DNA from: a virus
DNA: 64,000 nucleotides
Virus record (IMG/VR): IMGVR_UViG_3300047457_001149
Location: 1-64,000 of that record
Direction: 5' to 3' (one strand)
The translations under genes were made by a program, and so were the position numbers. The number at the start of each line of letters is the position of its first letter. Within the stretch, counting starts at the first letter, position 1. This document shows positions 1 to 7,800 of this stretch, in pieces. The notes under the pieces were generated by a model. That model was not told where the DNA came from and searched no databases. It saw nothing but the letters and a program-made list of their open reading frames with translations.

Positions 1-1164
1 AACCTTGGCCTTCCGCACAACGCTCCTCACCGACTTGCGCCCGAGGGACTCCAGCGCGTCCTTCGCGTCGTCCTTCACCTTTTGAAGCGCGCGCCGCGTC
101 TTCATGCCCTTCGTCTGCGTCCCGGTCGCGTCGCGAATGTCCTCCCCGATTTGAACCAGCTTGCCACGAACCTTGCTCTTGCCCTTCTCGTAGATGTCTT
201 CGGCAAGATCCCGCACCGCACCAGCGGCCTTCTCCTCGTGCTCCGGCTCGTGCCCTGCCTCGTCCTCCAGCGCCTCTTGGATCGCCTCGACGAGATGCGG
301 GTCCGGACCCTCCTCGCCTCCGGCCTCCACCACTTCGTCGAGGTGGTGGTCGAGCTCCTCGGCGGTCTTGGTGTTGCCGATGAGATCGGCCATCACCTGA
401 AGACCAGTCTGCCCGCTGTCCGCCAGAACGGCAGACGCCAGCACCGTCTTGCCTGTGATGGGAGCCCCGCGGTTGGCGAGCCCGCTCATGAACATGAGCG
501 CGGTGCCGACCTTCTCCCCAGCCTCCGCCTGCATCGCTTGAAGCTGCGCGATCTCTTCCGGCGTGAGCTCCGCGTCCTCAGCCGCGAGCTCCTCGGCAGC
601 CGCCATCTTGTCGAGGTTGGTCAGGCTGTTCATGATGGCGGGGCCCTGCGGAGCCATCGGGTGCGCCATCTGCCGGCCGATCACGCCGCCCTCGGGCATG
701 TCGGTATTGCCCATGCCCACGAGGTACTGGAGCGACGAGCGGTTGGCCTGATCGAGCCGTGCGATCGCGTTGGTCGCGGCGGCGCTCTCGGGCGTGTTGA
801 TGCCGGTGCCGTTCAGCGACGCCTCTTCGGCGGCCTTGTCCATGTAGAAGAGCGCGGCGTTGAGCGCCCGGTCCGACAGCGCGATGTTCGCGGCCGCCAC
901 CTTGGAGAGGGCCCGCGTGTCGCCGTCCGGAACGATGCCGTGAGCCTGCGCCACCTTGGCGGACCCGAGCAGCGATCGGCCGATCGCAATGTAGGCGTCG
1001 TTCGGGAGGTGCTCGTCGATGATGTCCGGCAGCCCGAGGTCTGCGGCCACCTTGTCGAAGATACCCGTAGCGAAGTCGTCGTTCGCAAAGGGCGGCATGG
1101 CGCCTCCGTCTGAAAGGCCGTCGGAGATGCCCTTCAAAAGAGAGCGGGTGAACAGCGTGGTCAT
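1..1164 (-). CDS. Putative head-associated/internal virion protein rich in K-x-A motifs (partial, runs off window start)
   Basis: Not in ORF track; translated by hand. ATG at 1164 with AGGAG 8 nt upstream; reads MTTLFTRSLLKGISDG..., open to position 1; acidic, with DKVAA, AKVAQ, SKVAA, DKAAE, DKMAA, TKTAE, EKAAG. Confidence 0.75.
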   Translation of the reverse strand, partial: MTTLFTRSLLKGISDGLSDGGAMPPFANDDFATGIFDKVAADLGLPDIIDEHLPNDAYIAIGRSLLGSAKVAQAHGIVPDGDTRALSKVAAANIALSDRALNAALFYMDKAAEEASLNGTGINTPESAAATNAIARLDQANRSSLQYLVGMGNTDMPEGGVIGRQMAHPMAPQGPAIMNSLTNLDKMAAAEELAAEDAELTPEEIAQLQAMQAEAGEKVGTALMFMSGLANRGAPITGKTVLASAVLADSGQTGLQVMADLIGNTKTAEELDHHLDEVVEAGGEEGPDPHLVEAIQEALEDEAGHEPEHEEKAAGAVRDLAEDIYEKGKSKVRGKLVQIGEDIRDATGTQTKGMKTRRALQKVKDDAKDALESLGRKSVRSVVRKAKV

Positions 1165-1195
1165 TCGATTTTCTCCTGATCCTGGTGGAAGTAGT

Positions 1196-1690
1196 TTAGT
1201 CCGTCGTTGCCCGAGCTTTGACAGGCTCGCTCAATAGTTCCATCCCGACGTCTCCCAGCCGCCCCACGAAAGGCGAAGCGACAAGGCCCACCCCTCCACG
1301 AAGAAGGGCGGCGGGCCGTTCTTCCTCTGACGCCGAGAGCACATTAGCGCCCAAGAACGCGGCCGGGAGCCCGATGGAGACAACCTTTTGAAGAATTCCG
1401 GGACCGATGTACGCCCCTTTTAAGTAGTTGCCGAGTGCTTTCGGGACGCTCTTGGTCTTCTTGTACTGAGCTTGCAGAGCTTCAAAGAGCGACACGGGGC
1501 TGCCAAGGTGCATGTCTCGGAAAAAGTCACCAATCCCCAAACCAGCGCCTACAGCCTTGTTGTAGGCGCCGGGCGCCGTCGGAGTGTGCGCGCGATCTCT
1601 AAAAAGGTCTTGGAGCCCATACCTTCGAAAGGTTCGGCTCATCGCGGCGATCTTTACGCCGTCAAGTCGCTCTTCAAACCTAGAACGCAC
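1196..1690 (-). CDS. Hypothetical protein with glycine-rich hydrophobic segments
   Basis: 164-aa ORF overlapping the end of the RNAP subunit gene; VKIAA near the N-terminus; GAGLGIG and GGVGLV segments. Confidence 0.65.
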   Translation of the reverse strand: MRSRFEERLDGVKIAAMSRTFRRYGLQDLFRDRAHTPTAPGAYNKAVGAGLGIGDFFRDMHLGSPVSLFEALQAQYKKTKSVPKALGNYLKGAYIGPGILQKVVSIGLPAAFLGANVLSASEEERPAALLRGGVGLVASPFVGRLGDVGMELLSEPVKARATTD

Positions 1691-3479
1691 CGGCCGCTCC
1701 GTGGTGTAGCTCTGCGCCGTAAGCGTAGGCAGGCACCGGATGCGTACCGTGGAGGTCGCTGACCTCGCCGAACTGCGCCGCTTCCTGCAGCGTGTTCTTC
1801 AGGTAGCGGTGGGCGAGGCGCGCCATCCAGTCACTTTCCAGGAGGGGGTTCATGGTGAACGGCTTCATCACGAACTCTACCTGAGGAATGCGCTTGTTGA
1901 TAGCGACGTCGTGCACGCCTTGCTCTTTCAGGCTCTTAGCTAGCGCCGGGGTGATCGGTGTGCCTACCGTGTGGTGTAGCACCTCTTGGCCCAGGCGGTG
2001 CCCGACGGCGTTGTCGACAGACACGCGGGTGGCGTCCTTGTGGTACGCGTCTCGAAAGGCGTTGTAGTTGATGATGTCGCCCTTGAGAAGCTCGGGGTGA
2101 TCTGGGTCGGCTTCGAGCAGGCGCACGTGGTTGATCTCGGACTTCGCCAAGAGTTCGACGTGCCGCCGGTCCAGGTTGACGCCCTCGCCCTTGTAAAGGT
2201 TGTGGACCGCGTCGACGAAGTAGGCCCGCCCCGCGCCCAGACCTTTGGCGGCGACGACCTTCGCCGGGTGCGGGACGCCGTCTGTCATGGCGTCGCCGAC
2301 CTCGACCCCTTGCCCGACCGTGACCTTCACGTTGAGATCCGGCGCGGCGTAGATCTTCTTCGTGTCGACGTGAATGTAGTGGCCGCCCTGCGGAGCTTTC
2401 TCGATCTTCTTCACAACGCCGGTGTTCGGAGCCAGCACCGCTTCGTACTTGAACGCCTTGGGGATGTCGAGGAGCTGACGGACTCCCTTCAGGCCCGTGA
2501 GCTCCTTCACCTCGCCCTTGACCGTAAGCGTTCCGTGGCGAGAGGACAGCGCCATCTGCGTGAGCGGCTCCGCCATCGCTTGCGCGGAGCGCACGCCGAC
2601 GGTCATGCCCATGGCGTGGAGGTGCCCCTTCTCATTGTGCCCCTGGCACATTTGGCAGACGCCTTTGGTCGCGGTGCAAGTCATCGGCGAGCGAACGAGG
2701 ATCTGAGGGACGTTCTTGGCCTTGAGCTGCTGGACGATCTGCGGCGTGATGGCGGTATTACGAGCGAGTCCGGCCGAGTCTTGCGAGAAGCGGTCGAGGA
2801 TGTGCGCGTCGTCGACGGACATCTTTACGCCGTTGTGCGTGCCGCAGTCGTGCGTCGTCACCACGTTGGCGATCATGTTGTTGACGAGCACCTTCGCCAT
2901 CTCGCCGGGCTCGGAGACCGAGATACGCGCGCGCACTTCGTTGTAGCGCACCTCTGGTCCGGACATCCAATACTGCGCGGGCGTGAGTCCTTCTGAATAA
3001 GAGCGATCGATGAGGTGCGGCATGATCCCTCGCTTCGGGTCGTCCGTCGCGAGCGGCGTGGCCACGATCTTCATGAGCTGCGCGGCATTACCGCGCGCGC
3101 CGGAGAGCGCCATGTGCGTCATGGACCCGGGGTGATTCTTCGTGAGCGAGAGCATCTCGTCCTGCGCGTCCGTGATCACCTTGTTGCGCGCTGTCCGGTC
3201 AGTGAGCTTCTCCAGCTTCGCCAGCGCCGGCTTCACGATCGCGTCCCGCATCTTGTAGTCGGGTTCGATGTCGTCCAGCCCGACCGAGATGCCTTCGAGG
3301 GTCGCGATCTCGTCTCCCCGTCGCTTGAGAGCGAGCGCGGTGTGGACGTACTTGGTGGGGTCTTTCCGGGCTAGCTCCACCACGTGGTCGTGCAACGCCT
3401 TTTTCGTGACAGGGCCCGAGATCTTGTATCCCTCGGGCATCACGTCGTTGATCAGGAATTGGCCGACGGTGGTGGGCAT
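1680..3479 (-). CDS. rpoC: Phage DNA-directed RNA polymerase beta-prime, C-terminal half
   Basis: Motifs TTVGQ, SGARG, SYSEGLT, DCGT, RSPMTC..GVCQMC (Zn site), AQAMAEPLTQMALSSRH (trigger loop) and RRHVELL match bacterial RpoC regions E-H. Confidence 0.93.
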   Translation of the reverse strand: MPTTVGQFLINDVMPEGYKISGPVTKKALHDHVVELARKDPTKYVHTALALKRRGDEIATLEGISVGLDDIEPDYKMRDAIVKPALAKLEKLTDRTARNKVITDAQDEMLSLTKNHPGSMTHMALSGARGNAAQLMKIVATPLATDDPKRGIMPHLIDRSYSEGLTPAQYWMSGPEVRYNEVRARISVSEPGEMAKVLVNNMIANVVTTHDCGTHNGVKMSVDDAHILDRFSQDSAGLARNTAITPQIVQQLKAKNVPQILVRSPMTCTATKGVCQMCQGHNEKGHLHAMGMTVGVRSAQAMAEPLTQMALSSRHGTLTVKGEVKELTGLKGVRQLLDIPKAFKYEAVLAPNTGVVKKIEKAPQGGHYIHVDTKKIYAAPDLNVKVTVGQGVEVGDAMTDGVPHPAKVVAAKGLGAGRAYFVDAVHNLYKGEGVNLDRRHVELLAKSEINHVRLLEADPDHPELLKGDIINYNAFRDAYHKDATRVSVDNAVGHRLGQEVLHHTVGTPITPALAKSLKEQGVHDVAINKRIPQVEFVMKPFTMNPLLESDWMARLAHRYLKNTLQEAAQFGEVSDLHGTHPVPAYAYGAELHHGAAGAF

Positions 3480-3482
3480 GGG

Positions 3483-3770
3483 TTAGTACCCGTAGGGCCG
3501 CTGGTTATTCATCAGCTTGTTGCCCAAGTACATCGCGCCAGCTCCGATAGCGGCGCCTTGCCCGGCTTCGCCCAGGTTCTTCCACCCTTTTGTGAAAGCT
3601 TTCCCGACATTTCCCTTGGCCATATGTTTCCCAAAACTCTGCACGCCCGAACCGACACCAGACGCGATGTTTCCAAAGACGTTGGCCTCCTTTTCGAGCC
3701 CGTACCGAGCCAACACCCTCCTCGCGCCAACTTCTTGTGCGATCTCCAGCGCCTGCTTCGTAATCATCAC
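3483..3770 (-). CDS. Small glycine-rich protein with KQA/KEA motifs
   Basis: 95 aa, GGAGGAG RBS, stop/start coupled; LEKEAN followed by Gly-rich helices (GAAIGAGAMYLG). Confidence 0.7.
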   Translation of the reverse strand: MMITKQALEIAQEVGARRVLARYGLEKEANVFGNIASGVGSGVQSFGKHMAKGNVGKAFTKGWKNLGEAGQGAAIGAGAMYLGNKLMNNQRPYGY

Positions 3771-4303
3771 ACTCCTCCGTACGACAGTCCGCGACTCAGT
3801 CCGTTTCGATCACCGGTCTCCATGGGCATGCCCATGTCCGCCCCAAACGTAGGATCGCCAGAGCGCATGCCCTTGGTCGGATCGTCCCCGTAGCCGAAGT
3901 TGCTTTGCGCCAGCACCTTCGCCACAGCCTCAATAGGTTCACCCTGTTCGTCAAGAAGGGCGTACTTTTTGAAGACGGCGTGGATTGCGGGGTTGGGTTT
4001 GCCCGTCGCTACATTGTGGTGCGCGACCTGTAGGGCGATCGGGGCTTGATACTTTTTAGCCGTCAAGGGTTTGGGCGGCTCTTCTCCCGCTGCGTACAAC
4101 ATGGACGCCAGCAGATAGTCTTTCCAGCTCGCGTCCTTCTCTAGCGTCTCAGGGTCCAACCCGAGCGCGGCCATAGCTCTCTTCTCGCCTGCGCGCTTAG
4201 CCGCTTGGTTGAACGCTTCGTTTACGCCGTGAAAGCGGTTCTGCGGGTCGCGAAAGAACCCCCGCTGATTGACCTTTAGCCGTTCGGTGACGCCTCTGGA
4301 CAT
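3767..4303 (-). CDS. Hypothetical protein (K-x-A motifs)
   Basis: 178 aa, translationally coupled on both sides; EKRAM, EKDAS. Confidence 0.7.
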   Translation of the reverse strand: MSRGVTERLKVNQRGFFRDPQNRFHGVNEAFNQAAKRAGEKRAMAALGLDPETLEKDASWKDYLLASMLYAAGEEPPKPLTAKKYQAPIALQVAHHNVATGKPNPAIHAVFKKYALLDEQGEPIEAVAKVLAQSNFGYGDDPTKGMRSGDPTFGADMGMPMETGDRNGLSRGLSYGGV

Positions 4304-4833
4304 TATCGATGACTCCGTAGGTACCGCTTCATGTCATCCGCGTGCGCCTGATCCATCTGCGCGCCCTCTTGCGCCATGCCGTTCAGGGGGACGTCGTCGT
4401 CAGTGGCGCGGAAGAGCTTTGACCAGAGGCAGATGGTCTCTTCCTCGACCCGGAGGATGTGGTTGAACACCTCCCGCGCGTCGTCGAGGTGTACGCATGG
4501 CACGTCGCAGTGCTCCGCCGAAGCGTCGCCGCCAAGGGCCGTGATCTTCTTGTTGAGCGCGTAGATGCTCTTGCGCTCTTCCTCGATGTGCTCTTGGAAG
4601 TGCTCGTACACGCCGTCTCGGAAGAACTCACGCAGCTGATCTCCGTACGAGATGTACATCAACATCAGCGTGTACTTCTTGCACAGGATTTCCTTGAGGA
4701 GCTCCATGTGATCGCAGCCACAGTCGTCGGCGGCGTCGGCGGCGTGAGACAGCTCGGGCGACTTCATCGTCACCCGCATGACCTTTACCCCGTGCATGGG
4801 GCCGCCGAGCATGTCATCGAGAAAGGGGAACAT
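4303..4833 (-). CDS. Ferritin/bacterioferritin-like four-helix-bundle protein
   Basis: YEHFQEHIEEE...KITALGG, LRVEEE and DQAHADD pattern typical of the ferritin-like fold. Confidence 0.7.
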   Translation of the reverse strand: MFPFLDDMLGGPMHGVKVMRVTMKSPELSHAADAADDCGCDHMELLKEILCKKYTLMLMYISYGDQLREFFRDGVYEHFQEHIEEERKSIYALNKKITALGGDASAEHCDVPCVHLDDAREVFNHILRVEEETICLWSKLFRATDDDVPLNGMAQEGAQMDQAHADDMKRYLRSHR

Positions 4834-7800
4834 GGGGGTCCTCTTCGTCCTCGTCTACGCCGGTCAAGTGCTCCGGCGGGAAATAGGATAGCGCCAACTC
4901 GGGGGAGGTACTAGAGAACGCCGCCGGGAGAGACTCGCCCAGGCTGTAATTGTCCGCCTCGGTGTCTTCGGCTTGCTTGGTGTTCTTGACCTCGATGGCG
5001 TCGGTCATTTTGAGCTCGCCGCGACGCCACGCCGCCAGCACGTCCTCCCGGTTCTTGAAGGTTTTCACGGGGCCCTTTGCGGCCGTGGCCTTTGACGCGT
5101 GGGTGAAGCCGATGATCGCCTCGTGCTGCGGGAAGGCTATGAGCTTGTTCCGCTGCTGGTCCGCCAGCAGGAGGTTGGTCATGGTCATGTTCTTCGCGTC
5201 GGTCACCGCGTCGGGGGTCACCGGCACGTGGACTTGCAGCGTGTCCCCGTCGTAGTCGAGGTTCATGCCGGTCTCGATGAACGGTGACACCCGCAGGGTC
5301 TTGCCCTTAACCGGCTTGGCGTAGGCCGCGATGATGCCCCAGCGGTGCAGGGTGGGCGCCCGATTGATCCAGACCGGACGTTCGCTGGTCTCCTCCAGCA
5401 TCGCTTGGTGCGCAGCCGGGTCCTTCTTCGTCACCATCTCGCGCGCCTGCAGCGCCGGGTAGCCCTTGCGGATCAGTCGGGCGACGATCAGCTTGTCGAG
5501 CATCTGCCAGAGCATCTGCTCAGGGATGCCGACCTGGTCCATGTTCAGGTTGGCGTCCGGCACGGCCGTCCCGCGCCCGGACACGTCCTGGGTGTGGCGC
5601 ATGAGCTTCCGCTGAAAGAAGCCGCCCTTCGGAGTCCCGACGCCCGCGACCGTAGCCAAGAAACCCTTGACCTTTTGCTGCTGCAGCTTCGCGTCCGCCG
5701 GCAAGGCTACGCCGTAAAGCTCCTCGACCTTGTTGTAGACGTCGAGGCGGTGCTTGCCGCGATCGGACTCCACGGCGGTGCGCTGCAGCGTGTCGCGCGA
5801 GTCCATGAGCTGCCCGTAGAGCTTGTTGGCGTCCGCCACCATCAGCTGCGAAGGGTCCTGCACGCCGGGGAGGATCGGGCGGAACACCGGCGGAATCACG
5901 GGGACCTTGCTGATGATGTACGCGTTCTCGGGGCGAAGATTGTTCTTCTTCAGCGCCTCCAGGTACTTGACTTGCTTCACGAGGTCGTTGAGCGCCGGAC
6001 CCTTGGCCGTGCGCATCTGATCTCGGAGCGTCTGGAGCTTCGAGTCCACGTTGATCTTCGAGAGCTCGCTCTTGAACCAAGCTCCGCCGTGATCGTGAAT
6101 CGCCTGCTCGTACTGCCGCTCGGTCATGTTGAGCAGGCGCCGCACCGGCTCCTTGAACACCGGGCTCGGGATCGGCTCGTGCAGATCGATGTGCGAGTAG
6201 AGCGTCCCCTGGTTGCCGCCGGTCTTCAGCGGGTCGAAGAGACCGCCCTTCTCGGGGCGCAGGTTCTTCGCCACGATGGTCTTGTTGTTCTCGATGCTGC
6301 CGGCGCTGCGCTTCATCACGTCGGCGTCGGTGAGCGGCAGGAGGGACATCTTCGAGCCGCGCCTGTCGACGCGGATGCCGGCGCCCTCCAGCATGGCGGT
6401 GAACTTGTTAAAGGCGAAGGACGGCTTCGGGTTCGGGAGCGGCATGCCGGTCTGGACGGCCTTCCAGAACTCGTCGTTCTTCTGCCCCTTCACCGTCGAC
6501 GCCTCACGGAGAAAGTTGCGGGCGTTGTGCGCGAGGAGCGCGTCGAACTCCATCTTGCCGATGCCCTTGGCTGAGTCGTCGCCGCCGGTCTTCATCGGCT
6601 GCTCATTGAGGTCGTACGGCCCGACGCCGTGCCCGGCGAAGTTCGTGTCGGTCGACTTGAAGAGCTTGTAGATGAACTGGCGCCCGACGAGGACGCCCTT
6701 GCCGTCGGCGCCGCTGATCTTGCGGTTGAGCACCGGGTCGAAGAGGTGCTCCTTGTCCTTCACCCCGTGCGTCTGCATGAGCTCGCGCGCCCACTTTACG
6801 GCGTTGTGCCCCGCCGCGTTGTCATAGACGATGGGCTTGCCGGTCTTCTCGGCGACCTTCGACACGGAGGTCTCGATGATCTGCGCCGGGTTGATGCGGC
6901 TGACAACACCGGCGGAGGTGAGCAGGAGATCCAGCGGGCGACCTTGCTCGTCGCGGAGCATCTCGTGGTCCGGAACGATCTTCGAGACCACGCCCTTGTT
7001 GCCGTAGCGACCGGCCAGCTTGTCGCCGATCTGCATCTGCTCGTGCGTCCGCACGAGGATGGTGATCTGCGAGTTTGTCCGAACGACGTCGATCACCTCG
7101 CCAGGGGCCCCGTGGTCCCAGGACAGCGCCACCTCCTTGTACGGCTTGGAGAGCGCTTTCGAGATCCGCCCCAACATGGCGTCTGTGCCCGCGATCGTCT
7201 GCTTGGTCAGCCCGAGCACTAGCGGCTCTTTGGCTGTGACCTTGGACCCCTTCTTGATGACGCCGTCATTGTCTAGCTTGCCGTACGCCTCCGGCGTGTA
7301 CTTCGTGCCGTAGTACATCCGGTGCTTCTCTTTGTTGAGCTCGATCTGCGAGGAGAGCGGATAGACCTCGCGATACATGTGCTCGCTGGTGAGCCGCTTC
7401 GAGCACGTCTCCGAAATGACGACGGCGTCGTTCGAGTTGAAGCCGTAGTAGGGCACGTAGCCGACGAGCAGGTTCTTCCCGAGCGCGAGCGTGCCGTTCT
7501 TGGTGTAGTTCGACTCAGCCAGTCGCTGGCCTTCCTTGACGGTGTCACCCGCCTTCACCTTGATGTCGTGGTGCAGGTAGGTCTTTGAGGGGAAGGGGAA
7601 GAACTGGTGGTAGGGGACTTTGACGAGGCCCTTGTCGTCGGCGGCGGCCGTCTTCTCGTTCTTGTGATGCGTGTCGATATGCTGCTGGAGGTGATTCCAG
7701 TCCTTGAAGAACCGCCGGTTTGCGAAGCGCACAGTCGGCGAACTGAATTCCTCAGTGTTGCGGTGGAACGCTTCGGCCTCTTCAGGCGAGTGCCCAACGA

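Noticed and set aside
82-1113. 343-aa plus-strand ORF and other long antisense ORFs (e.g. 5345-6574, 19759-21411, 40221-41615, 53705-54934)
   Set aside because: Shadow ORFs of high-GC3 genes on the opposite strand; Arg/Leu/Val-rich, no motifs.
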